DNA of 64,000 nucleotides from Pirellulales bacterium (GTDB lineage Bacteria > Planctomycetota > Planctomycetia > Pirellulales > PALSA-1355): positions 160,001 to 224,000 of the forward strand of contig CAVTBU010000004.1 of the NCBI GenBank assembly GCA_963733035.1, given 5' to 3'. Under the pieces are notes generated by a model. The model was not told the origin of the DNA. It did not search any database and saw nothing but the letters and a program-made list of their open reading frames with translations. The position numbers and the translations under genes are program-made. Below, piece by piece: positions 1 through 9,115 of this stretch (positions are counted from its first letter, which is position 1; the number at the start of each line of letters is the position of its first letter).

Positions 1-57
1 AGGAACTAATCGTGGCCCGGCAAACCAAACAACTTTTGCAAGGCGAAGGGTAAAGCC

Positions 58-384
58 ATGTTTCTGGCCAAAGTCACCGGCTCGCTGGTGGCCACACAAA
101 AGGTCGACACGATGGTCGGGCAAAAGCTGCTCGTCGTGGAGCCCTATCGAATCGATCCGCAAGATCGCAATCGGCTGGTTTCCACCGGCCGCACGTTCGT
201 GGCTGTCGATGCCTTGGGCGCCGGCGACGGCGAGTTCGTGCTGATCACGCAAGGATCGAGCGCCCGCATGACTCCCGAGACTTCGAAGCTGCCGATCGAC
301 TGCGTGATCGTGGGTCTGGTCGATACGGTTCATGTCGATCAGAACTGCGTCTTCCGCCGGGAAGAGCAGACGCACTCCGACTGA
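58..384 (+). CDS. BMC vertex (pentamer) protein, EutN/CcmL family
   Basis: MFLAKVTGSLVAT.K...VAVDALGAGDGE.V...GSSAR signature; first gene of a tight operon. Confidence 0.95.
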   Translation: MFLAKVTGSLVATQKVDTMVGQKLLVVEPYRIDPQDRNRLVSTGRTFVAVDALGAGDGEFVLITQGSSARMTPETSKLPIDCVIVGLVDTVHVDQNCVFRREEQTHSD

Positions 385-429
385 AATTCAATACACCCTC
401 AGGGTACAAGCCGGGGATAAATACCAACC

Positions 430-1875
430 ATGCAAGCTACCGAAGAATTGATCAAAAGCGTCGTCGAACAAGTGCTAAACCGCATGGGCACGGCGGGCAT
501 TGCGCCGCCCCCGCCGCCCAACGGCCACAGCTACGCTGGGCGCTATGGAGTGTTCACTTGCGTTGACCAAGCCGTGGCCGCCGCCACCGAGGCATTCGAA
601 CAGCTCAGTGAGCGTTCGCTCGAAGATCGCAAGCGAGTCATCGATCACATCCGCCGTATCTCCATCGAGCAATCGGTCGAACTCGGCACGATGGAAATGG
701 AAGAAACGAAGATCGGCCGACTTGTTCACAAGATTGAAAAGCTCAAGACGCTCGGCGAGAAGACACCTGGCGTCGAGTTCATGCGGAGCGAGGTTTTCAG
801 CGGCGACCATGGGCTGGCCGTTATCGAACACGCTCCGTTTGGCGTCATCGGCGCCATTACGCCGGTGACGCATTCGCTGCCGACAATCACGGGCAACGCC
901 GTGAGCATGATCGCCGGAGGCAACACGCTGGTCGTCAACCCGCATCCCAGCGGCAAGCGGGTGGCGGTCGAAGGCGTGCGTCGCTTCAACCAGGCGATCT
1001 ATCACGACCTGGGCATCGACAACCTGATTTCGGTCATCGCCGAACCGACGATCGAATCGGCCGACGCGGTGTTCAATCATCGCGGCGTCAAACTAATCTG
1101 TGTGACGGGTGGACCGGCCGTGGCGCGAGCCGCCATGCAGTCGTCCAAGCGCGCGATCGTAGCGGGACCAGGCAACCCGCCGGTGGTCGTCGACGAAACG
1201 GCCGATCTGGACCGCGCCGCCCGAGCGATCATTCAGGGCGGAGCCTACGACAATAACCTGCTATGCATCGCCGAGAAGGAAGTGTTCGTCGTAGCCAGCG
1301 TCTTCGATGCGATGATGGCGGCCATGGAGCGGGCCGGCGCTGCCAGACTGAACACCCGAGAGATCGACGCCTTGACCAAACGGGCGATCGCGACGGTGGG
1401 CGAGGGAGACCACAAGCACGACGTGGCCCACAAGGACTTCATCGGCAAAGATGCCGCCTGGTTGGCCGACGCTGCGGGCAAACGTGTTTCGGAGCGCACC
1501 GAACTGATCTTCGGCGAGACCGACGAATCCAATCCATTCGTGCCGGTGGAGCAGATGATGCCATTCGTGCCATTCGTCCGCGTGCGCAACGTCGACGAGG
1601 CGATCGAAAAAGCCAAGTACTACGAACACGGCTTCCGCCACACCAGCATCATCCACTCGAACAACGTGCGGAACATGACCCGCATGGGCCGGGCGCTCGA
1701 CACGACCCTGTTCGTCAAGAACGGGCCCTGCATGGCGGCACTCGGATTGGGTGGCGAAGGCTATCTGTCGTTCTCGATTGCGACGCCGACTGGCGAGGGC
1801 GTGACGACACCGCTGACTTTCACCCGCGAGCGACGCTGCTCACTGATTGATGATTTGAGGATTTTGGGAAAGTAG
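430..1875 (+). CDS. BMC aldehyde dehydrogenase (EutE/PduP-like, CoA-acylating)
   Basis: [23 protein letters not shown], catalytic Cys in [11 protein letters not shown]-terminal amphipathic encapsulation-peptide-like helix [15 protein letters not shown]. Confidence 0.95.
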   Translation: MQATEELIKSVVEQVLNRMGTAGIAPPPPPNGHSYAGRYGVFTCVDQAVAAATEAFEQLSERSLEDRKRVIDHIRRISIEQSVELGTMEMEETKIGRLVHKIEKLKTLGEKTPGVEFMRSEVFSGDHGLAVIEHAPFGVIGAITPVTHSLPTITGNAVSMIAGGNTLVVNPHPSGKRVAVEGVRRFNQAIYHDLGIDNLISVIAEPTIESADAVFNHRGVKLICVTGGPAVARAAMQSSKRAIVAGPGNPPVVVDETADLDRAARAIIQGGAYDNNLLCIAEKEVFVVASVFDAMMAAMERAGAARLNTREIDALTKRAIATVGEGDHKHDVAHKDFIGKDAAWLADAAGKRVSERTELIFGETDESNPFVPVEQMMPFVPFVRVRNVDEAIEKAKYYEHGFRHTSIIHSNNVRNMTRMGRALDTTLFVKNGPCMAALGLGGEGYLSFSIATPTGEGVTTPLTFTRERRCSLIDDLRILGK

Positions 1876-1879
1876 ATCC

Positions 1880-2137
1880 ATGCAAGTTGGCACGGTCATC
1901 GGCACGACGACTTCCACAGTGAAGCACCCTTCCCTGTTGGGCTGGAAGATGCTCATCGTGCAGTTTGTGCTGGCCGATGGGCACACCTCCGACGGCGATC
2001 CGGTGGTTGCCGTCGACGCGTTGGGCGCTGGTGCCGGCGATCGGGTGATTCTAACGAGCGACGGCAAAGCGACGCGGGCACTATTGCAAAGCGACACCAC
2101 GCCGGTTCGCTGGAACGTGATGGGAATACAGGACTAG
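1880..2137 (+). CDS. BMC vertex protein, EutN/CcmL family
   Basis: GTVIGT.TSTVKH...VAVDALGAGAGDRV motif. Confidence 0.93.
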   Translation: MQVGTVIGTTTSTVKHPSLLGWKMLIVQFVLADGHTSDGDPVVAVDALGAGAGDRVILTSDGKATRALLQSDTTPVRWNVMGIQD

Positions 2138-2139
2138 TC

Positions 2140-2862
2140 GTGACCAGCCGAACGCACAATTCGAGCCAGCGAGCCGCGGTCGAACGCATCGTCCGCGAAG
2201 TCCTGGCCGACCTGCACTCCGGCCGCTCGGCACCGAAAACCAAGGGAAGTCGATCTCTCGGCACGTCGCCGCCCGGGTCAAGGTCCGACTCGCAACTCAC
2301 GCTGACGTCCAAAGTCGTCAGCGCCGCAGCTCTCGAAGGGCGATTGGCCGGCGTGAGCCAACTCGTTGTGACGCGCGGAGCCATCATCACGCCCGCCGCT
2401 CGCGACGAATTGAAGAAGCACCAAGTCAGCGTCGCATCTGCCGTCGACACCGGCAAACCCGCCGGCAGCGCCGTCCTGAATGTGGGCGTGTCTGAAACCA
2501 CATACAACGCAACATCTCTGCTGGCGGCGCTTGCGGCGGAAGGGAGAATTGAGCACTTAGCTTCTGGCGCGCTGCCGTCCGTCATCGAATCGCTCGGAAA
2601 GGTTGTCGGCAGCGGTTTTGGCCTGCTGATCACCGATCAATCGGCGGCCGCCTTGTGCCTGGCTAATCGTCGTAGCGGCCTCCGGGCAGCACTCGCAAGC
2701 AGTTGCTCGACAGTCGATGCGGCGGTTGCCGCCATCGGCCCAAACCTGCTCGTTGTCGAGCCCCGCGGCCGCAGTGTTTTCGACATCAAGCAAGCGATCC
2801 GCCATTGGCTGCGTTACGGTCAGCCTGTTTGTCCACCGTCACTACAAGCCCACTTAGATTGA
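2140..2862 (+). CDS. BMC-associated protein with degenerate RpiB-like C-terminal domain
   Basis: GTG start 3 nt after upstream stop; encapsulation-peptide-like VERIVREVLADL; AIITPAARDELKK; ALCLANR..GLRAA RpiB-like segment. Confidence 0.8.
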   Translation: MTSRTHNSSQRAAVERIVREVLADLHSGRSAPKTKGSRSLGTSPPGSRSDSQLTLTSKVVSAAALEGRLAGVSQLVVTRGAIITPAARDELKKHQVSVASAVDTGKPAGSAVLNVGVSETTYNATSLLAALAAEGRIEHLASGALPSVIESLGKVVGSGFGLLITDQSAAALCLANRRSGLRAALASSCSTVDAAVAAIGPNLLVVEPRGRSVFDIKQAIRHWLRYGQPVCPPSLQAHLD

Positions 2863-2891
2863 ACTCGTCCCGTTTTACGGGAGGCACCACC

Positions 2892-3191
2892 ATGCGAATC
2901 GGCGAAGTCATCGGCACCGTCACGCTTAGCCGGGTCCATCCCACATTGGCCGGCGCGGCGTTTCGCCTGACGATTCCCCTTACGCGATCCGACCTGACGA
3001 GCAACGAACCACCCAGTGGCGAGGAACTGGTCGTTTACGACTCGCTGGGCGCCGGCGTTGGCAGCCGGATTGCGTTCAGCGAAGGGGGCGAAGCGGCGCA
3101 ACCGTTTCTGCCCGAGGAAAAGCCGGTCGATGCTTACAACGCGGCGATCCTCGATGACATTCAAATCAACCTGCCGGAGTCGGCGGTCTAA
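2892..3191 (+). CDS. BMC vertex protein, EutN/CcmL family
   Basis: MRIGEVIGTVTLSR...VYDSLGAGVGS; GGAGG SD before ATG 2892 (ORF-track start 2703 is an extension). Confidence 0.92.
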   Translation: MRIGEVIGTVTLSRVHPTLAGAAFRLTIPLTRSDLTSNEPPSGEELVVYDSLGAGVGSRIAFSEGGEAAQPFLPEEKPVDAYNAAILDDIQINLPESAV

Positions 3192-3273
3192 ATCAACTAC
3201 CCAATCCACAATCACAACTACGTTTCGCGACCGTCAGGCATGGTCCTGACCGACGACATCAGAAAGGCAATCC

Positions 3274-4158
3274 ATGCCCAACCTGCATCAATTGAAACTC
3301 GAGATCTGCGACATCGGGAGGCGGATCTACAACAAGGGATTCGCGGCCGGCAACGATGGCAACATTAGCTACCGGCTGGGACCGAACGAAGTGCTTTGCA
3401 CGCCGACGATGGTTTCCAAGGGCTTCCTGAAACCCGACGACTTGTGCATCGTCGACATGGAAGGAAACCAGAAGAGCGGCCGGCGTAAGCGGACCAGCGA
3501 AATCATGCTGCATCTGGCCATCATGAAGAAGCGCTCGGACGTGAAAAGCGTCGTCCACTGCCACCCGCCGCATGCCACGGCGTTTGCCGTAGCCCGCGAG
3601 CCGATTCCGCAATGCGTGCTACCCGAGGTAGAGGTGTTTCTCGGAGACGTTCCGATTACGAAGTACGAAACACCAGGCGGTCAGCCCTTCGCCGATACCA
3701 TTCTGCCGTTTGTCGAAAAGAGCAATGTGATCATTCTGGCGAATCACGGCACCGTGAGCTTTGGTGAAACGGTCGAGCGGGCCTATTGGTGGACCGAGAT
3801 CCTCGATGCCTATTGCCGGATCCTGATGCTCTCGAAAGACCTGGGTCGTGTGACCTACTTCACCGAAGAGAAAGAACGCGAGCTGTTGGAACTCAAAACC
3901 AAATGGGGCTACAAGGACGCGCGGCTGGCGCCGGGCATGGAGAATTGCGACATTTGCGCCAACGACGTGTTCCGCGACAGCTGGAAGGACAGCGGACTCG
4001 AGCGCCGAGCGTTCGATGCTCCTCCGTCAATGCGCCCGAAGAACTCCCCGACTCCTTCCGGCAACGGTTCGGTCAGCGGCACGCTGGGCAAAATCGACCA
4101 GGAAGCACTCGTCAAAACCATTACTGACCGCGTGTTGGCCGCCCTGCAGGGTCGGTAA
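3274..4158 (+). CDS. Class II aldolase (fuculose/rhamnulose-phosphate aldolase-like), BMC signature enzyme
   Basis: GNDGNIS, TSEIMLH, VVHCHPPHA, LANHG zinc motifs; C-terminal encapsulation-peptide-like DQEALVKTITDRVLAAL. Confidence 0.93.
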   Translation: MPNLHQLKLEICDIGRRIYNKGFAAGNDGNISYRLGPNEVLCTPTMVSKGFLKPDDLCIVDMEGNQKSGRRKRTSEIMLHLAIMKKRSDVKSVVHCHPPHATAFAVAREPIPQCVLPEVEVFLGDVPITKYETPGGQPFADTILPFVEKSNVIILANHGTVSFGETVERAYWWTEILDAYCRILMLSKDLGRVTYFTEEKERELLELKTKWGYKDARLAPGMENCDICANDVFRDSWKDSGLERRAFDAPPSMRPKNSPTPSGNGSVSGTLGKIDQEALVKTITDRVLAALQGR

Positions 4159-4187
4159 GCGGCGATTGATATCAGAGGGAACTCTAC

Positions 4188-5129
4188 ATGAAAGTCAGCA
4201 TTATCGGCGCCGGCGGACTGGTTGGCTCGTGCACGGCCTTCGCCCTGCAGACGGGCAAAATCGTTCGCGAGATTGCCCTGCTCGACGCCAACGCGGAAGC
4301 CGCCGCCGGCCAGGCCCTCGACCTGCTGCACGGGGCTAGCCTGATGGCCGACCAGGTGATCACGTCGGGCGGCTACGAGCACATACCCACCAGCGACTTG
4401 ATCTGCATCACGGCAGGCCTCCGCCGCAAGCCAGACGAAAGCCGCTTGGACCTGATCAACCGCAACGTCGACCTGTTCGTCCAGATCCTGTCGAGCATCC
4501 AACAGGCCGGCCACAAGCCCGACGCCACGGTGCTAGTCGTATCGAACCCGGTCGACATACTAACGTATCTGGCCGCGGCCAAGCTTGACTTGCCGCCGTC
4601 GCGCGTGATTGGATTGGGCACGCAACTCGATACGATTCGCTTTCGCGCATTGATTGCCGAGCGCTTGGCCGCGCCGCCGACGCAGGTCAAGGCGTTGATG
4701 CTCGGCGAGCACGGCGACAGCATGGTACCGATCTGGTCGAGTGCCACGATTGCCGGTCTGCCGCTGGAGAAGTTTCCCGGCTGGAACGCTCACCTGGCCA
4801 ACGAACTGTTCACGCGGACCAAGGGTTCCGGTGCCGAGGTGATCAAACGTAAGGGAGGCGCCGGGTTTGCCGTCGGTCTTGCGATCCAGGAAGTGATCGA
4901 AGCAGTGGCTCTCGACCGCCGGGCCATCTTGCCGGTCTCGAGCGTGCAGCGCGGCTGCTACGGCATTCGCGACGTGGCGCTTTCGGTGCCGACGGTCGTC
5001 GGCTGCCACGGTGTCGTTGATACGTTGGAGATCGACCTTTGGCCCAAGGAAGTGCAGGCCCTGCGCAAAAGCGGTCAGGTGCTCCGGCAGACGGTCGATG
5101 CCGTGCTGACTCGGTTGGCCGGCAAATAA
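4188..5129 (+). CDS. Lactate/malate dehydrogenase family protein
   Basis: IIGAGG.VG, ITAG.RRKP.ESRLDL, VSNPVD, LDT.RF, GEHGDS. Confidence 0.93.
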   Translation: MKVSIIGAGGLVGSCTAFALQTGKIVREIALLDANAEAAAGQALDLLHGASLMADQVITSGGYEHIPTSDLICITAGLRRKPDESRLDLINRNVDLFVQILSSIQQAGHKPDATVLVVSNPVDILTYLAAAKLDLPPSRVIGLGTQLDTIRFRALIAERLAAPPTQVKALMLGEHGDSMVPIWSSATIAGLPLEKFPGWNAHLANELFTRTKGSGAEVIKRKGGAGFAVGLAIQEVIEAVALDRRAILPVSSVQRGCYGIRDVALSVPTVVGCHGVVDTLEIDLWPKEVQALRKSGQVLRQTVDAVLTRLAGK

Positions 5130-5146
5130 CTCACGAGAAGAGACCC

Positions 5147-6412
5147 ATGGCTGCAGTCAAGTCGCTCGATCAAAAGCTTGCCGCGATTCACGCCGACCCG
5201 TCCGGTGCCAAGGATTTTATCCTGGCCGACGCCAAGGATGCCGACATGGCCTTTGGTATCGGCGCGCCGGGCAAGTCGCCCGAGATGCACGCCGGCGAAG
5301 TGCGCATGCGAACCTTGGCGGAGTATCGCGAGAACATCCGCCAAATCACACGGCAGGGTCTGGTCGATATCATGCTGATGTCGGCTAGCACGAGCGATGT
5401 ACTGACGATCGGAGAGCAACTGTTCGAGCACAGCCACGTGACGCCGGCGGCTCGTGCCAACGACACCAGCGACGTGTTCGCCGTGCGGCATGGCCGTTAC
5501 GTCGCTGAACCGGCACGGCCGTTTCGGTCGGCCCTGCTCGACCATATTCAATGCGGCCACACCGATTGCGAGCCCGCGGAGCGTGTGCTGGGAGCCAACC
5601 TGGGTCTCTACAGCGTCACGTTCAACAACAATCTCGACGACGACATCCTTGCGCTACAACAATACCGGCTTTTCCGCGAGGAAGCCGAACGCAAGGGCTT
5701 CAGACATTTTCTGGAAGTATTCGATCCGAATTCCCCGCAAGGCCTGTCAGCCGAGACAACGCCGCAGTACCTCAACGACTGCATCGCCCGTACGCTGGCT
5801 GGCGTGGCCACGGCCGGGCGGCCGATCTTTCTGAAGATTGTGTACCACGGTCCCCAGGCGATGGAAGAACTCGTGGCCTACGACCCGCACCTCGTGGTCG
5901 GCATTCTTGGCGGCAGCGCGGGAACGACATACGACGCATTCAAGCTGATTGCGGAAGCCCAGAAATACGGGGCCAGGGCAGCACTGTTCGGTCGCAAGAT
6001 TAACAACGCCGAATGCCAACTGGCATTTGTTGAGTTTCTGCGGCACATCGTCGACGGGCACATTTCGCCCGAAGAAGCCGTGCGGGCGTATCATGGCGTC
6101 CTCGCGAAATTGAACATCAAGCCACAACGCTCGCTGAACGACGACATGGAACTGCGAAGTGGTGTGATGAGTTATGGCGGGGCCAGCACCGTGAGTGTGC
6201 CGGCCGGAGTGCCCAAACCCGCGAGCGGAAAGGCCCCCAGCAAGTCGGCGAAGCATGATTGCGGCTGTGGCGGCCCGGATCCGAGCAAGTGTACTTGTGA
6301 TACCCATAATCACAGCTCGACGAGCGACTCGCCCGACTTTGCCAGGATGACGCAAGCCGAAAAGCGGGCGTACAACAAGGCCGAGCGCGATCGGATTTTC
6401 GGAAAGTACTGA
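5147..6412 (+). CDS. Class I aldolase-like TIM-barrel protein with Cys/His-rich C-terminal tail
   Basis: ATG 17 nt after the dehydrogenase stop; HFLEVF, FLKIVY, GILGG, GARAALFGRKI resemble DhnA-type aldolases. Confidence 0.7.
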   Translation: MAAVKSLDQKLAAIHADPSGAKDFILADAKDADMAFGIGAPGKSPEMHAGEVRMRTLAEYRENIRQITRQGLVDIMLMSASTSDVLTIGEQLFEHSHVTPAARANDTSDVFAVRHGRYVAEPARPFRSALLDHIQCGHTDCEPAERVLGANLGLYSVTFNNNLDDDILALQQYRLFREEAERKGFRHFLEVFDPNSPQGLSAETTPQYLNDCIARTLAGVATAGRPIFLKIVYHGPQAMEELVAYDPHLVVGILGGSAGTTYDAFKLIAEAQKYGARAALFGRKINNAECQLAFVEFLRHIVDGHISPEEAVRAYHGVLAKLNIKPQRSLNDDMELRSGVMSYGGASTVSVPAGVPKPASGKAPSKSAKHDCGCGGPDPSKCTCDTHNHSSTSDSPDFARMTQAEKRAYNKAERDRIFGKY

Positions 6413-6425
6413 AGCCCGGCGGACA

Positions 6426-7532
6426 CTATCCGCCGTAGCCTTGCGCTAGCTCGCGCAAATGTTCAAGTACTTCCTCGATGTCCGGCACTTGCACGCCACG
6501 TTCCCGCCCGCCACGATCGCAGTCGCAAAGCAGCATCAGGTCGTCGAAGTCCTCATGGGCTTCCAGGCGGCGACGCGCTCGGGCACCAAGGGTGCCGTCG
6601 CGCAATGCTCCGGCCTCCATGTGATGCTGGATGAACCACGCGGTCCGCTCGGTAATGTAGCCGTCGAGCGCCTCGAGCGCCGCGGCCACATGCTCGCGCG
6701 GATCGATCGCCTTGCCGACATCGTGCAACAGTGCCGCCGTCTGGAACTCCTCGTCGTAAGGCAACGCGTCGCGGGCCAGCTCAAAGACCTGCAAACTGTG
6801 ATACAACGCATCTCCCTCCGGATGCCATTGGGGATTCTGCTTGACGGTTTCGAGGGGTAGCAGCAGCATCTGGTAAATCTGGAAACGGTCTACGCGTTGA
6901 TCCGCCTCGAGCAGGGCGTCTTCAATCGACAGATCCGGATATTCCTCGGCCAAAAGCTGTTCCAGCTCGGCGATGCTCGCCCGCTCGATGGCTTTGCCGG
7001 TGATCGAGCTCTTGAATACGTAGTGCGCTAGATTGCCGGCATAGACGGTGATCTCGATCGGGAAGCGCTCCTGCACGTGAACATGCGTGAAAATGCGTTC
7101 TTCTCCATGTTTGCGAACCTGCTTGCGCTCCACGTCGAACGTGAATCCCTCAGCCTCGAGCGCACCGGTCACTCCTTCGAGGCTATCAGCAAAGACGTGA
7201 ATGTCGATGTCCGAGCCTTGCCGAACGTGGCCTGTCATCGTGCTGCCGATCAGCCGCGGGCGGAACGCGGCCAGCAGCTTCATGACGCGCAGGGCCTCGA
7301 TGCGCATGTCGCGCAGGTTGGCCGTACGACTTTGGCCTTCGTGCATGCGGGCCAGCGATTGGATTTCGTCGCGGATTTCGCGATTCGTGGGGAGATCGGC
7401 CGGCTTGACCCAGCCCTGGCAGATGCGGCGAGCCGCCTTCATTTTGGCCCGATAATACTCCGACTCCTGCCGGACGTACATCATGCGGGCCGCCTCATAG
7501 GTGATTTGGCGCCGCAGCTTGTCGTTGCTCAT
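6426..7532 (-). CDS. Nucleotidyltransferase plus HD-domain protein
   Basis: GS...SDIDIH NTase motif, then HPEGD..H...LLHDVGK HD motif; start taken at MSNDKL. Confidence 0.85.
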   Translation of the reverse strand: MSNDKLRRQITYEAARMMYVRQESEYYRAKMKAARRICQGWVKPADLPTNREIRDEIQSLARMHEGQSRTANLRDMRIEALRVMKLLAAFRPRLIGSTMTGHVRQGSDIDIHVFADSLEGVTGALEAEGFTFDVERKQVRKHGEERIFTHVHVQERFPIEITVYAGNLAHYVFKSSITGKAIERASIAELEQLLAEEYPDLSIEDALLEADQRVDRFQIYQMLLLPLETVKQNPQWHPEGDALYHSLQVFELARDALPYDEEFQTAALLHDVGKAIDPREHVAAALEALDGYITERTAWFIQHHMEAGALRDGTLGARARRRLEAHEDFDDLMLLCDCDRGGRERGVQVPDIEEVLEHLRELAQGYGG

Positions 7533-7690
7533 CGCGATTGGCGCCGGAACCAAGCCCATCGATGCGGCGCGGGGCAGTCGTGCTTTCAAGTATAGGCAGC
7601 TTGGCTCCGGTGCGGCAACGGCAACCGCTGTCGGCTGGCGATATAATGCACCATTGGTCCCCCCTCCCTGGCCCAGGCCCGAGGTCCGCA

Positions 7691-8179
7691 ATGGAACAAT
7701 TCTGGAATGAAATTCAAGCCGATTTGCCGGGTGAGTATGAAATCCTGTCGGTGACTTTTCGGCTGGCGCTGGCCGCGGTGCTTGGTTCGCTGCCGGGACT
7801 GCAGCGAGAATGGCTCGGCCAGGCCGCCGGGTTGCGAACGCACATGATGGTCTCGGTCGGGGCGGCCATCTTCGTAATGGCCGCGATCGAAGCCGGCACG
7901 TCGGTCAACGATACAACTCGCGTCGTACAGGGCCTGGCCACGGGTATCGGCTTCGTCGGCGCTGGCGCGATCATGAAGTCCAAGGAGGAACACGAAATTC
8001 ACGGTCTGACGACCGCGGCCAGCATATGGCTGACCGCGGGGTTGGGTACCGCCGTCGGGTTGGGGCGAATCTGGCTCCCGCTGTTTGGAAGTCTGCTGGC
8101 CGTCGTCATTCTGTCGGTGCTGCGCGCGATCAGCGCCCGTGTGGGTCCGCCTGAAACAGTCGGACGCGACCCGGACTAG
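7691..8179 (+). CDS. MgtC/SapB family membrane protein
   Basis: AGLRTH, GIGFVGAGAI, GLTTAASIW motifs. Confidence 0.92.
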   Translation: MEQFWNEIQADLPGEYEILSVTFRLALAAVLGSLPGLQREWLGQAAGLRTHMMVSVGAAIFVMAAIEAGTSVNDTTRVVQGLATGIGFVGAGAIMKSKEEHEIHGLTTAASIWLTAGLGTAVGLGRIWLPLFGSLLAVVILSVLRAISARVGPPETVGRDPD

Positions 8180-8967
8180 TCGAGTCGCCCCAATAGCCAA
8201 TCGAGCGCATTGAGCCAGAAGCGATTGTAGTGATCCCAATACACAAAGTTGCAGCCCCAATGCGGCGCCGGGTCGGACGTGTAGGCCAGTACGCGCCCCT
8301 GTCCAAAACGGCCGACCGCCAACAGCGGGTCTCCCTCGGGCATCCAGCGGGCCAAAACCTGGCATCCCTCGCGCGGCTTGACGATGTTGTAGCCGAGCAC
8401 CAGCGGCATCTCGCGAATGTCAAAATCGTTAAAAAACGGATGGGCTGCGTCCACGGGCTCGGCCTTGTATCCCTCCGTGCTCTCGCGAAGATCCTCCCAT
8501 TCGAGGCAATGAACCGGCAAGATCTCCTTAAGCCCGGTGCGACCCCAGCCCCCCTTGCCGCACTCGCCGTTGAAACTGAGCCAACCGCCGAGGAACATCA
8601 TGCTCTTGCCGCCCTGCACCGCCTCGACAGTCAACCGCACCCGGTCAGGAAAGCTGAGTTGCCCGTGACCGAACTTCGAGCGGTCGAAGAACGACGGGGC
8701 AAGTTGAAAGTTGCGGGCCTCGACGTCCGAGAAGATGAGCACGTCGTACTCGTCGATGAGTTGTTCGTACTCACCCGGACCAAGTTTGTAGAACTCCCAA
8801 CTCGGCACGCTGGTCACCTGATGTTCGCCACTGGACTCAAGAGCCTCCTTGAGCCAGGTGCCGTAGTTGAAGATCTCTGTTCCCTTCCAGGTGTAGTTGA
8901 AGGGCGTTTCGGCGAACATCGGGCCCATCAGGACGGCCCAATCGCCGGCGTAGTAGATTTTGGCCAT
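8176..8967 (-). CDS. Glutamine amidotransferase-like (DUF1355-type) protein
   Basis: YDVLIFSD, MFLGGWLSF.G, ILPV, GRVLAYTSDPAPHW. Confidence 0.8.
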   Translation of the reverse strand: MAKIYYAGDWAVLMGPMFAETPFNYTWKGTEIFNYGTWLKEALESSGEHQVTSVPSWEFYKLGPGEYEQLIDEYDVLIFSDVEARNFQLAPSFFDRSKFGHGQLSFPDRVRLTVEAVQGGKSMMFLGGWLSFNGECGKGGWGRTGLKEILPVHCLEWEDLRESTEGYKAEPVDAAHPFFNDFDIREMPLVLGYNIVKPREGCQVLARWMPEGDPLLAVGRFGQGRVLAYTSDPAPHWGCNFVYWDHYNRFWLNALDWLLGRLD

Positions 8968-9115
8968 GGGAGAACCGGGGAAGGCAATGGAAGGCGGAAG
9001 TCAGCAGGATGAAGGATGAGTAGTTGGTTGTCAAACCCCCATCCCCGCGTGCCGCACAATACTGCAAGTGTGCCGGGAGTACCTTCCGCGCTCCGCGCTG
9101 CCTGGATCCTTCCCG

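Noticed and set aside
58..5129. BMC operon as a novel system
   Set aside because: Gene content and order match the described Planctomycetes/Verrucomicrobia microcompartment.
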